From positions 101,894 through 165,893 of the IMG/VR virus record IMGVR_UViG_3300033074_001674: a DNA stretch of 64,000 nucleotides. One strand, 5' to 3'. Every line of letters starts with the position of its first letter. Within the stretch, counting starts at the first letter, position 1. Both the position numbers and the translations under genes were made by a program. The stretch is from a virus (lineage: Duplodnaviria > Caudoviricetes). Under the pieces are notes generated by a model. It was not told where the DNA came from, did no database searches, and saw only the letters and a program-made list of their open reading frames with translations. This document shows, one piece after another, positions 43,601 to 51,501 of the stretch.

Positions 43601-44156
43601 TATCTAATGTCAACATTAACGCACCGCGTCGCCCCGACTGTCCTACCATCCTAGTGATAAAAGAATAAAGGTCTGCAAATGACCATGCACCGCTAGTAGT
43701 TCTTGCAGCGTTATTTACAGGCATCCCATCCGGCCTTAAAGTACTGATGTCAATCCCGACCCCACATCTTCTTTTGTAAAGCTGTGCCAGTTCAGTACTT
43801 GTGTGCATAATCCCGCCAATAGAATCTGTCGGGCTCTCAATTACGACACAATTAGATGCGCTCATTACTTGGAAAGGATTGCCAATGGCGGACATGGGAC
43901 TGCCTTGGGGAACGATGCGTGCAAACTTATCAAGCGCGTCCCTGTAGCGAGCATAAGTATCTTGTATTCCATACTTTTCCTTATCTATCCTGGCAAATTC
44001 CCTTGCAAGCCTATCATGCATATCATGAGGGGTCTTTTCGTGCAAATTTCCATCTTTGTCTTTGAGAGCATATTTATTTAAAAAAGTGGTTGCTACCAAT
44101 TCATCGCCGCTAAAATAATCTAGAGATGCAGATAGAGCTTCCTTATAGGGATACAT
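40638..44156 (-). CDS. nrdJ: Class II (B12-dependent) ribonucleotide reductase with intein
   Basis: SNC, RRGALM, TNPC/SEIPL, C.L.SLNL, APTGT, KGVTVY motifs, C-terminal TSCPD-like and Zn-ribbon; no beta subunit adjacent. Confidence 0.9.
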   Translation of the reverse strand: MYPYKEALSASLDYFSGDELVATTFLNKYALKDKDGNLHEKTPHDMHDRLAREFARIDKEKYGIQDTYARYRDALDKFARIVPQGSPMSAIGNPFQVMSASNCVVIESPTDSIGGIMHTSTELAQLYKRRCGVGIDISTLRPDGMPVNNAARTTSGAWSFADLYSFITRMVGQSGRRGALMLTLDIHHPDVEKFATMKKNLTKVTGANVSIRISDAFMIAVENDTLYEQRWPLQGDVKFSRMVPAKQVWNTIIECATAMAEPGIVFWDKLLKYTPTFAYPAFHAVSTNPCCFSTKNTVMVLTRDGLKEIKSISSSDEIWIDSDQCWAKTSGFFNAGKHDVFRISFSNGESFDVTDNHKFEKISYSRQGTKLVYDRRCLIETKDLRVGDKISVSVEAPDINWPSNGSMSEGLILGWLTGDGCLSFRNSDESIPTMYLSFWEKEYDVAEKLHKIMNNLGYDISLVKNQIKNNMVLRLMSSPIVKDLMEKYNFNVWKFKVGHNPFLYSASRDFVSGYLSAYFSADGSVAYAPKQSRWSISLSSIDRERLLQVKNLLTLFGIKSSLGLMRSAGNSTFDGLSYKTKDCYRITISGISNLKKFYENIGFISNVKHLKLKNALESSTGIELSKGYTKIVSIDRLDEQQEVGCIEVEGYHKFTANGIISGNSEIPLCPNDSCRLISLNLTGYVRHPFGQGPYFDLGLFREDIATAVRMSDNLVDIEIELIDKILERCEDDAEKSLWKKLQDTGRKGRRVGLGTHALADTLAMLKLRYDSDEALRFCDLVYMVLRDKAYAESVNLAKERGPFVGFDWEAEKDNEFIKELPDHIKEDMSKYGRRNIALLTNAPTGTVSMMSKVGKYKRHNTSSGIEPVWRVKYKRRRKGNPGDLNFRTDFIDELGDAWMEFDVKHSNLINWEEEFGLNSGSDAIPDYFVSSDEIDWRYRVKLQGVIQKYIDHAISSTINLPKGTSPDVVGGIYMDAWKNGLKGVTVYVDGSRSGVLVTDSSNRPTKVKRQEAPKRPKELPCELHWLSYKGKKWLAAVGLLDNEPYEMFAILDDGSIKHNISSGILVKSARGKYSLVTEGGTIKNIAPPEFGWATRLISTSLRHGVPIDFLVEQLNKDGTSVDLNRVLSRALKKYIREGKIRSSATCPTCNSSNLAWKEGCMTCVDCGHSKCG
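42168..43286 (-). mobile_element. 373-aa intein with LAGLIDADG homing endonuclease in nrdJ
   Basis: TNPC|CFSTKNT...VTDNHKF...LGWLTGDG...AYFSADGS...HKFTANGIISGN|SEIPL; removal restores NPCSEIPL. Confidence 0.92.
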
Positions 44157-44173
44157 TAGTCCTCCAAAAATAG

Positions 44174-44842
44174 TTACTGAGAGTTTAGCTGTAAGTAAAA
44201 GAATTTATTGGCTTTGCAGAAATCTTTATAATTACTACGGCTTTGTTCTGTAATATGTTGTGTTAAAATAAAGCCTAATGTGTAAGGCTCAAACTTCTTA
44301 TCTACGCGCCACACATTTAACTCTGTTAGATATTTGAAAAGGTCCGCGTGTGGATTAGGCAGATTATCGTCTAAACTAGTATATTGACCATCACTAATCA
44401 CTATAATAGTTAGTGGAGACACATTTTGACAAACAGCTTCTCTAATCGCGCCATGCATATTTGTGCCACCGCCGGCCTTTAGCTGCTTAACCCATGCATG
44501 TAATTCGTTTAGGCCATCTTTGTTTGGCATCTCTAGCCAGTTAGATGGCAACTTGCTCTGTTCTACCAGCGGCCCCTTTTGTTTAGGTCCAGGCCAAACA
44601 TATGTGCCATCAGAGAATGCAATTACGGCCACATTCATTTCGTCAATCGGCTGCTCAAGCAAGGTCATCATTGTGGAAATGCCTCGCGACAGTTCTTCTG
44701 GTTGCATTGAGCCAGATATATCTAGGACAAATACTATGTTTTTAGAGACTTGACCTTGTTCCGGCTCTACAATCCAGGCATCTCCAGCATTTACGGGCAG
44801 AACCAATAGTAGGATAAGAATTATCGCCAATAGATGCCGCAT
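44174..44842 (-). CDS. Signal-peptide vWA domain protein
   Basis: GGAGG then ATG 44842; signal peptide; MIDAS DISGS, GGTN, IISDG. Confidence 0.8.
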   Translation of the reverse strand: MRHLLAIILILLLVLPVNAGDAWIVEPEQGQVSKNIVFVLDISGSMQPEELSRGISTMMTLLEQPIDEMNVAVIAFSDGTYVWPGPKQKGPLVEQSKLPSNWLEMPNKDGLNELHAWVKQLKAGGGTNMHGAIREAVCQNVSPLTIIVISDGQYTSLDDNLPNPHADLFKYLTELNVWRVDKKFEPYTLGFILTQHITEQSRSNYKDFCKANKFFYLQLNSQ

Positions 44843-44947
44843 AAGAATCCTCCGATAAGAGATACACAAGAAGTTTAGCCGCGGCCGGGGACGTTTAGAT
44901 TAAACTTCGCTGGTCATTGCTGTATTAATATTTATTAAGGAGCGCAC

Positions 44948-45553
44948 ATGAAAGACTTTTTTGGAAAAGTTCACCATTGTATTACAACGCTTGATTGTGG
45001 TGGGGTGTTTGCTGAAAATAATTTTAGCGGCCAGCACAGTGCGTCAAAAAGTGAGCACGCATTCATAATTAAGGAGTGGCTAGTTAAAAACTACTCATTC
45101 CATCACTTTTGTGATATAGGCGGAAGCATAGGCACGCTAGCGCTAATGATGGCACAACTAGGTAAAGACGCCTATGTGGTCGATGGTTGTGAAAAAGGCT
45201 GGAAAGACGGGAAGACAGGGGTAGCAAGAGACCACTATGCCGTCTTCGATATGAGCCGCCCGATACAAGACTTGTTGCCGCGCCATTGCTTTGATATGAC
45301 AACCTCTTTTGAAGTTACAGAGCATGTCCCGAGAGAGAATTTGGATGGGTTTATCAAGAACTTGGCATGGCTAGCACCAATCCATGTTTGCTCCCTACAT
45401 GTGGATGGCGCAGAATGCGATAACCACTATAATGTGCGGCCACTTGAATGGTGGGTTGAGAAATTTGCAGAGCACGGAGCGGTTGTGAAGGAGATTGGCT
45501 TGAACGTGCCGACCTTCGGCACCAGTCAAATGGTAGAGGCAAAGTTTAGTTAG
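44948..45553 (+). CDS. Class I SAM-dependent methyltransferase
   Basis: FCDIGGSIG, FDMTTSFEVTEHV, H.N.RP..WW motifs; AAGGAG RBS. Confidence 0.8.
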   Translation: MKDFFGKVHHCITTLDCGGVFAENNFSGQHSASKSEHAFIIKEWLVKNYSFHHFCDIGGSIGTLALMMAQLGKDAYVVDGCEKGWKDGKTGVARDHYAVFDMSRPIQDLLPRHCFDMTTSFEVTEHVPRENLDGFIKNLAWLAPIHVCSLHVDGAECDNHYNVRPLEWWVEKFAEHGAVVKEIGLNVPTFGTSQMVEAKFS

Positions 45554-46494
45554 GCCAAGTATTGAGTTGCACCAGAATTGGTAGCCAAATAGCGAGTAAC
45601 CAAATCTATTTCTGCCGTATCTATTTTCTTGTTGAAGAATAATATTTCATACATATCGCCCTTGAAGCTTTTGTAGCCGGCGAATTCATCACCTGGATGG
45701 TCTCCTATTTGAAGAGAGGCGTCGCCATCTACAATATCTGCCAATCCGTCTCCAAACGAGAATGAAGTGGGAGATTTTACGCTGCGGCCATTTACAAACA
45801 AATCACATCTATCTAGGCCAGCCGGCTGACTAGCATCATAAGTGACGACGATAACATATGGACGGTTTGGCAATATGTTGTCTGTGCCTATAATAGTTAA
45901 GCCATCTGATGCGTCATCTTCCGAATATACCTCGAAGCGCAAATTGGCGGTTGTCGGACTATCGTATAGGTAGACCCAGAACGATGAATATCCGTCGTCT
46001 CCATCCCATTTAGTAATAATATTGATAAAGTTGTCATCATGCAATATCTCACTAAACGAGCAAGCAAGAGCTATAGTAAAAGAAATGCCGACGCCTGTCA
46101 TTAAAGAGTCTAAGACTTCCTGAAGGCCTAGAGATTGTTCGGCTTCACTAAAGCGAACTACGTTTCGTGGAGTGTTTCCCACCAAAACAGATGTTTGTAT
46201 AGGAAGAGCATTTTCGGCCTCCTCCGCCTTAATGGGCGTGTCATCCTCGTATACTATAGAGGGATTGACTAGCCTATCATACCATTCGGAAACTTGACCT
46301 TCATCAAGTATGATGGAGGGCGCGTAATTCGCGTCGAGCCACAAAATACGATTAGACATAGATGCAATACTATTGGTGAGCTGTACAATATCGCTGGCCG
46401 CAGATAAGGGCGACTTTGAGTCTACCTCCACATCTCTTTCCGAATCTGATAGAGAAATAGAGTGGGAAAGATGGCGGACAATTGGGTTGGTCAT
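45550..46494 (-). CDS. Acidic LamG/concanavalin-like domain protein
   Basis: LWLDA, W.D, LFVNG, LQIG, FKGDMYEILFFN...I..V..YL pattern. Confidence 0.7.
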   Translation of the reverse strand: MTNPIVRHLSHSISLSDSERDVEVDSKSPLSAASDIVQLTNSIASMSNRILWLDANYAPSIILDEGQVSEWYDRLVNPSIVYEDDTPIKAEEAENALPIQTSVLVGNTPRNVVRFSEAEQSLGLQEVLDSLMTGVGISFTIALACSFSEILHDDNFINIITKWDGDDGYSSFWVYLYDSPTTANLRFEVYSEDDASDGLTIIGTDNILPNRPYVIVVTYDASQPAGLDRCDLFVNGRSVKSPTSFSFGDGLADIVDGDASLQIGDHPGDEFAGYKSFKGDMYEILFFNKKIDTAEIDLVTRYLATNSGATQYLA

Positions 46495-46841
46495 AATGGT
46501 ATCTCTTTCTTCTCTCCTAATTAATACCCCGGCTCAGGCGGCGCCTGCCTTAAAACCGGAAGGTGAAAAAGATGTGGTGAGGAAGGAGGGCAGGAAGAGT
46601 GGGTGTGGGTTGTTGGGCGGCGGTTTTGGTTGAACCGTGCCGAAGGCACGAGTTAGATGATGGCTACCCCCGGCCCCGATGCGATTCTCCTCACTGAAAT
46701 GAAATGAAAAAGACCCCCCGGGGAGAGGAGTGTTGCCATTCGGCGCCACTAGGTGCGCGGTTCTGTCGCTGAGCGCGAACGCTCACCCCACTGGCGCCAA
46801 TCGGCGACGCCACGGCGCGTCAAGTCCAGCAATCCCAATAG

Positions 46842-46857
46842 CGGCATGCAGCATGCT
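46842..46857 (+). promoter_or_regulatory. Sigma54-type -24/-12 promoter P0
   Basis: CGGCAT-GCAGC-ATGCT (GG-N10-GC). Confidence 0.6.
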
Positions 46858-46893
46858 GTAGAGTCAAGCGGCCAATGACGGCCGGAGGATACC

Positions 46894-47157
46894 ATGAAGA
46901 GTCTGACCCAAGCTGGTCTCGAGTACCTCGCCGCGACGCAAGCGTGCTCCCACGCTGCCCGCGTCTGGCGCAACAATCTGCCGCTGGAGCGGCTGACCGG
47001 CAGGCTCGCGGCGGACGACCCAGCGTGGCAGCGGTACGTGGTCGCCACCCGTCGCCAGCAGCGCGCTGCCCGGGCGTACGACGCGGCCTGCCGCGTCGCG
47101 TCGCTGGAAGCCGTGCTCGCGGCCCCGTGGCACGACAGGGTTATCCGAGCCTGCTAG
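46894..47157 (+). CDS. Hypothetical early protein (87 aa)
   Basis: GGAGGATACC-ATG. Confidence 0.7.
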   Translation: MKSLTQAGLEYLAATQACSHAARVWRNNLPLERLTGRLAADDPAWQRYVVATRRQQRAARAYDAACRVASLEAVLAAPWHDRVIRAC

Positions 47158-47170
47158 CAGGCTCTCCGCT

Positions 47171-47251
47171 CCCCCGGGGCGCTTGCCCCGGGGGAGCTAT
47201 CAAGCTAAGCTATACAGCAAGCCGATAAGTAAGTAACGGGAGGATACAATG
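47171..47251 (+). repeat. Hairpin plus sigma70-like promoter/leader, copy 1 (copy 2 at 50295-50370)
   Basis: CCCCGGG..CCCGGGG hairpin, TTGCCC-N17-TAAGCT, ATACAGCAAG.CGATAAG, GGAGGATAC. Confidence 0.75.
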
Positions 47252-47536
47252 GCTGGTCTGATTGTGGTCGTCTCTCTTACGCTCATTCTGTTGTCTGTTG
47301 CGCAGATTGTCCGGGCCGAACTGAGGCTCGCCCGGACGGAGCGTGTCCGGGCCGCGCGTGAGAGCGCGCGTGTCATGGGTGAGTACCACGGGCCACGTCC
47401 AAAGCGCGCCGTCTCGCCAACAAAGACCACCGTTAACCTTCCTGTTATGACGGAGCAAGAGATTCAGGAAGAGTATCAAACGCTGGTCACGCAATGCACA
47501 GTGATTGTCCACAACCCATTCGCCCGGGCGCGTTAA
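47249..47536 (+). CDS. Small membrane-anchored protein
   Basis: GGAGG RBS; N-terminal hydrophobic helix. Confidence 0.7.
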   Translation: MAGLIVVVSLTLILLSVAQIVRAELRLARTERVRAARESARVMGEYHGPRPKRAVSPTKTTVNLPVMTEQEIQEEYQTLVTQCTVIVHNPFARAR

Positions 47537-47559
47537 GCGCCCGGATTGGAGGATTAAAC

Positions 47560-47886
47560 ATGCGTTGCACATTCTGCGATTGGTCGAGCGCGGAGCTTGC
47601 AGTTTTCGAGGAGGATATAGCTATCCACGAGGACAGCGGGCTGCCAACGTGTAGCGATAGCGAGTGTCTCGAGAAAGCCGACGCTATCGTGGCCGGAGAA
47701 ATGGCCATGCGTCCGGCCCGACTCGTGCGCTACTGGCGCGCCCGCATGGGTGAGTGTCTCCGGATTGCTGGACGGGACTGGATTGGCGGCATGCGCCAAG
47801 CTCACCGGTTCGGACACTCGGAGACTGAGAACGAGAGCCAGGAGCGCGCGGATACCGTGCGTTTCCTGACGCGCGTGGCGCGCTAG
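47560..47886 (+). CDS. Small Zn-finger-like protein
   Basis: GGAGG RBS; CTFC...C....C. Confidence 0.7.
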   Translation: MRCTFCDWSSAELAVFEEDIAIHEDSGLPTCSDSECLEKADAIVAGEMAMRPARLVRYWRARMGECLRIAGRDWIGGMRQAHRFGHSETENESQERADTVRFLTRVAR

Positions 47887-47902
47887 GGATTGGGGTCCCG
47901 GG

Positions 47903-47966
47903 GTTCAGCCCCAGGGTCCCGGCCCGTCCGCGCTCCGCGCGGCGCCCCAGGGCGTTGGGGTAGAAC
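47903..47966. repeat. GTTC...GAAC structured repeat E1 (64 bp)
   Basis: Aligns with E2-E8; central hairpin CCGCGC-TCC-GCGCGG. Confidence 0.85.
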
Positions 47967-48047
47967 GAGTTACGAGGAGCGAGACAAAAGCGCTCGCCTC
48001 ATGGCGCCAGATGGACACACGCCCGCTGCGCGGGCTGGGGTTATGAC

Positions 48048-48063
48048 GGGCACGGCTCCTGCT
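48048..48063 (+). promoter_or_regulatory. Sigma54-type promoter P1
   Basis: GGGCAC-GGCTC-CTGCT. Confidence 0.7.
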
Positions 48064-48079
48064 ATGGGTAGAGTGGAGG

Positions 48080-48322
48080 ATGAACATGGAACGTTGCGAT
48101 GTGTGTCAGATGGAGTTCCCTTCGTCTCAACCGCAGCCCGCCGTGGCCGATGCGCCTCTCGGCGGGGGCATGTGGGGCTATCTCTGTGAGTCGCATCTGG
48201 GTCACGCGCGCGGCCCGATGACCAAGCTCGTGCAAGAGTTGGCCTGGCAAGAGTTTACGACCAAGCTCGACAGGGTGCTCATAACTCCCTGCGATTGCGG
48301 GACTTGCGAGGATTGCTCGTAA
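48080..48322 (+). CDS. Small Cys/His-rich protein
   Basis: GGAGG RBS; CDVC, DA..GG.WGYLC..H, CDCGTC. Confidence 0.75.
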   Translation: MNMERCDVCQMEFPSSQPQPAVADAPLGGGMWGYLCESHLGHARGPMTKLVQELAWQEFTTKLDRVLITPCDCGTCEDCS

Positions 48323-48340
48323 GTCATTGGCCGGTGGGCG

Positions 48341-48404
48341 GTTCAAGCTCACCGGCCCGGGCGCGCCGCCAAAGCGCGGCGAGGCCCGGCCGTTCCGGCT
48401 GAAC
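48341..48404. repeat. Structured repeat E2 (64 bp)
   Basis: GTTCAAG...CGCCGC-CAAAGC-GCGGCG...CTGAAC. Confidence 0.85.
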
Positions 48405-48525
48405 GGTCGCCCCGGCGCCCGCCAAACATTTCAGATGCGTCGCACAATCGCCTCGCTGGGTCCCATTTGACACGCAATCAGCCGGGGTAGCACGAGAATC
48501 ATTGGAGTTACGTCGCCAGACCCAT

Positions 48526-48541
48526 TGGCAGCCAGCTTGCT
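48526..48541 (+). promoter_or_regulatory. Sigma54-type promoter P2
   Basis: TGGCAG-CCAGC-TTGCT. Confidence 0.7.
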
Positions 48542-49129
48542 CTATGGTCTATCGTCCGCGCGGCCGAGTGAAGCGAGTAGAGACAAGCTCTCTCCGCTCA
48601 ACGCCCGCGCGCTACAGCCAGCGGTATCCGCAAACCGGCTGGTGGCGGCATTTGACAATTTGCCCCGGCGGGATTGGGAGCGCTCCCAATCTCTGGACAC
48701 TCCGCGCGAGCTGAGCATCTCCCCCGGTTTCTGACGCAAGTTAGCCTCACGTGAGCCGTTGCGACCTCCAAAGGGTCCCGACGTAACTTTGTGGGTCAGA
48801 ACAGAAGCCAAAGGTGTGCGCTCATGGTAACGCGCGCAGGAAATAAGCTCGCCAATATGCGCAGAGAATGCCGCGACGGCGGTAGCAGAGCGCAGCGGGC
48901 GATTCCTAGTCTTGCACGGCGTATACTTGTATGCCACCGACAAGCGGGACCCTGTTTCACGTCCTGGGCGTGCCGGCGCTGGCGCCATGTAGCAGCAAGC
49001 AACGCGTAATCGCGAGCGCGAAGCTTGTGGGCAGCAAGTAGTCTCGGGTCGCAAGGAACCCCGGTATCTTGAGCGGTTCGAGCCCGCAATGGCGCAACGT
49101 GTCCTCCCACTGGGGCCTGGGTTCGAGCG

Positions 49130-49193
49130 GTTCGAGCCCAGCGCCCCGGGCCAGCCGCGCTCCGCGCGGCGCCCGCGGGAGATGGGGTGGAAC
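49130..49193. repeat. Structured repeat E3 (64 bp)
   Basis: GTTCGAG...GCCGCGC-TCC-GCGCGGC...GGAAC. Confidence 0.85.
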
Positions 49194-49256
49194 GTTTCAT
49201 ATGCGCGTCACGAAACCTATCTGCGCCACATTCAACGGAGATTGCTCGAGATATGA

Positions 49257-49272
49257 TGGCACGGAGGGTGCA
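49257..49272 (+). promoter_or_regulatory. Sigma54-type promoter P3
   Basis: TGGCAC-GGAGG-GTGCA. Confidence 0.7.
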
Positions 49273-49305
49273 TTGGGTGGGGAGCGCGAAACGCGCGGAG
49301 GAAAC

Positions 49306-49692
49306 ATGAGCCGTCTTTACCTTCTCAACGCATTCTCCCTCAACATGCTCTCGTTCGACGAAGAACAAGAGCTCATCCCGCCCATGCGGGTGGTCGTCAA
49401 CCCGATGTCGCCGAAGGATGCGGCGCGGGTGGTCCAGGAAGCGTACAACAACATCCTGGCGCCCGGCTTCCCGCGGGGGCTCAACCTGCACGCCCACATC
49501 GGCCACGAGAGCACGGCCGCGCTACTGAGCAAGATGCTCAACATCCCTCTCCACGCCGACCGCGCCACCGTGACGATGCTACCGGGTGACATCGCCGTCG
49601 TCGCCCAGTACGTCGGCCCGCGTCTCCCCGAGGGTGCCACGTCGCTCCCCGAGGGTGCCACCATCCGCTTCTACCTCGTGGAAGTGGAGTAG
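49306..49692 (+). CDS. acrIII-1: DUF1874 (STIV B116/YddF) family protein; AcrIII-1-type cA4 ring nuclease
   Basis: YLLNAFSLNML, IGHESTA, DRATV.M.PGD, RLPEG family motifs; GGAGG RBS. Confidence 0.82.
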   Translation: MSRLYLLNAFSLNMLSFDEEQELIPPMRVVVNPMSPKDAARVVQEAYNNILAPGFPRGLNLHAHIGHESTAALLSKMLNIPLHADRATVTMLPGDIAVVAQYVGPRLPEGATSLPEGATIRFYLVEVE

Positions 49693-49712
49693 CCAGCCAG
49701 GGATTCCTGGGG

Positions 49713-49776
49713 GTTCAACCCCAGGGTCCCGGGCGCGCCGCCAAAGCGCGGCGAGGCCTGGAGGCTTGGCCTGAAC
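49713..49776. repeat. Structured repeat E4 (64 bp)
   Basis: 31-nt identity with the E2 core; left arm shared with E1. Confidence 0.85.
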
Positions 49777-49870
49777 GTCCTGGAGCGCGGGTGCAACATT
49801 TCTACTGCATGAGGCGTTTCATTGGGACCCATCCGCGCTGGGTAGCACGGAGAGCGCTAGAGTTACGTCG

Positions 49871-49886
49871 TGGCATCGGTATTGCT
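49871..49886 (+). promoter_or_regulatory. Sigma54-type promoter P4
   Basis: TGGCAT-CGGTA-TTGCT. Confidence 0.75.
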
Positions 49887-49907
49887 CTAGAGTGTCGCGG
49901 AGGAAAC

Positions 49908-50285
49908 ATGATGGAAAACACTGCAACGGGACCGTGCGAACGGTGCGAAAATAACTCGGCAGACTCTCGTGGATACGCCGGGCGCTTGTGCTGGGATTGC
50001 TCTGTCGAGTACGTGCTCGACAATCCTGGCCCGGAAGAGTGTGAAGAGCTTCTCGTGGCGATGCGCGACATCGCCGGAGATTGCTCTGTGGACGGGTGCA
50101 AGAACCCGGCTTTGCCCGAGGATTGCTCCGCGTACTGCGCGCTGCACAGAATCGAAGTATGCGGCGACGGAGATTTCCCGACGTGTGCGTGCGATGACGC
50201 AATCCGCGCCATCCGCTTCGTCCGAAACATCGTGCGGCCCGAACTTTTCTGGCCGTCCCTCGGTGGACCGCGGCGCGAAGAATAG
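49908..50285 (+). CDS. Cys-rich acidic protein
   Basis: GGAGG RBS; CERC, CWDC, CSVDGC, YCALH. Confidence 0.75.
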   Translation: MMENTATGPCERCENNSADSRGYAGRLCWDCSVEYVLDNPGPEECEELLVAMRDIAGDCSVDGCKNPALPEDCSAYCALHRIEVCGDGDFPTCACDDAIRAIRFVRNIVRPELFWPSLGGPRREE

Positions 50286-50294
50286 CCTTCCCCG

Positions 50295-50370
50295 CCCCCG
50301 GGCGCTTGCCCCGGGGGCGCTATCAAGTTAAGCTATACAGCAAGACGATAAGACAACGGAGGATACCATG
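50295..50370 (+). repeat. Hairpin plus sigma70-like promoter/leader, copy 2
   Basis: Near-copy of 47171-47251; TTGCCC(50306)-N17-TAAGCT(50329). Confidence 0.75.
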
Positions 50371-50586
50371 AACGCGCACGAGAGTCTCATTCTGTCCGTC
50401 CGTCGCCTGCGTGCGCTCCTCGCGAAGGAGCGCGGGGTCGACGAGGAGAGCCAGGGCGCTTACGACGCCCTGGAGCGCGCCCTGCGGGGCGAGCAGCCCC
50501 TGGGCTCCACGCTCGCCCACCTGGCAAGTCGGGCTTGCTTGGCAGGTGACCTGGCTCACGCCGCGCACCAGGAGGTGCGCTCGTGA
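50368..50586 (+). CDS. Hypothetical protein (72 aa)
   Basis: GGAGGATACC-ATG. Confidence 0.7.
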   Translation: MNAHESLILSVRRLRALLAKERGVDEESQGAYDALERALRGEQPLGSTLAHLASRACLAGDLAHAAHQEVRS

Positions 50587-50627
50587 GCCGAATGCGCCGC
50601 TATAGCTAGCAAGATGGGCCCTGGGCG

Positions 50628-50690
50628 GTTCAAGCTCACCGGCCCGGCCGCGCGCGGGACGCGCAAGAGGCCTGGACGTTGGGCTGGAAC
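50628..50690. repeat. Structured repeat E5 (63 bp)
   Basis: Left arm identical to E2, right arm identical to E6. Confidence 0.85.
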
Positions 50691-50747
50691 GAGACGGAGC
50701 GTGGCGCCAAATGGACACACCTGCCACGGATGCGCCACGGGTTAGGC

Positions 50748-50763
50748 TGGTATGGTGCGTGCT
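50748..50763 (+). promoter_or_regulatory. Sigma54-type promoter P5
   Basis: TGGTAT-GGTGC-GTGCT. Confidence 0.65.
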
Positions 50764-50788
50764 ATATAGAAGATTGGAGGGTCAAGCG

Positions 50789-51298
50789 ATGAACGAGAAC
50801 AAAGCAAAAGCATCAGAAGAGCGAGAGCTTGCGAGGCTTGGAGCCTCCCTTCGGGACCTGAGGCAAACCCTGGCGGCGGTCGACCTGCGCATCAATCAGC
50901 CGATGTCCACACTGCCAGAGGAGTACTTCCGCTCCGTCGGCGAGGTCTACTTCGAGCTAAAGCAGACCGAACGCAGGCTAATGGACCTGCGCGCAAAGGT
51001 CAACGGGCGCTGTCTCCGCGCATGGAAGGCCAAAGAGGAGAGGCTCAACTCCATCACGTCAATCAGGCAGCTAACCCACACCGAGCTAGGGAAGCTGCTG
51101 CGTACGCGCGAGCGAGGGTGGAGCGGCGACCGCCTCCGCATCGCCAACAAGCTCATGGGCTACCCGGCCAAGAGCTGGAGCACCGTTCTGGCCGAGGCCA
51201 GGACGTTGGCTCTGGCCGAGCTTAACCGACGACGGCAGGCCGCAGACCGCCGCCGCATCGGCTGCTGCGACGACCCTGGGCATTGCTGGCCTTACTAG
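50789..51298 (+). CDS. Hypothetical coiled-coil protein
   Basis: GGAGG RBS before ATG 50789. Confidence 0.7.
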   Translation: MNENKAKASEERELARLGASLRDLRQTLAAVDLRINQPMSTLPEEYFRSVGEVYFELKQTERRLMDLRAKVNGRCLRAWKAKEERLNSITSIRQLTHTELGKLLRTRERGWSGDRLRIANKLMGYPAKSWSTVLAEARTLALAELNRRRQAADRRRIGCCDDPGHCWPY

Positions 51299-51319
51299 GT
51301 CAGTAGCCGCGGGCCTTGG

Positions 51320-51382
51320 GTTCAACCCTAGGGCCCCGGCCCGCCCGCAAAGAACGGGCGCCCGCGGACGTTGGGCTGGAAC
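51320..51382. repeat. Structured repeat E6 (63 bp)
   Basis: GTTCAA...GCCCG-CAAAGAA-CGGGC...GGAAC. Confidence 0.85.
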
Positions 51383-51485
51383 GCGCCGGGATGCGTGTCA
51401 GATACGCCTCGAGGCGCAGGCGGGGAGTGTGTCCAAACGGCGCCGCCCGTACGTCTCACGGACGGAGATTGCTAGGCTTACGCTT

Positions 51486-51501
51486 CGGTCCGGCCCCTGC
51501 T
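51486..51501 (+). promoter_or_regulatory. Sigma54-type promoter P6
   Basis: CGGTCC-GGCCC-CTGCT-ATAGAG. Confidence 0.55.
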
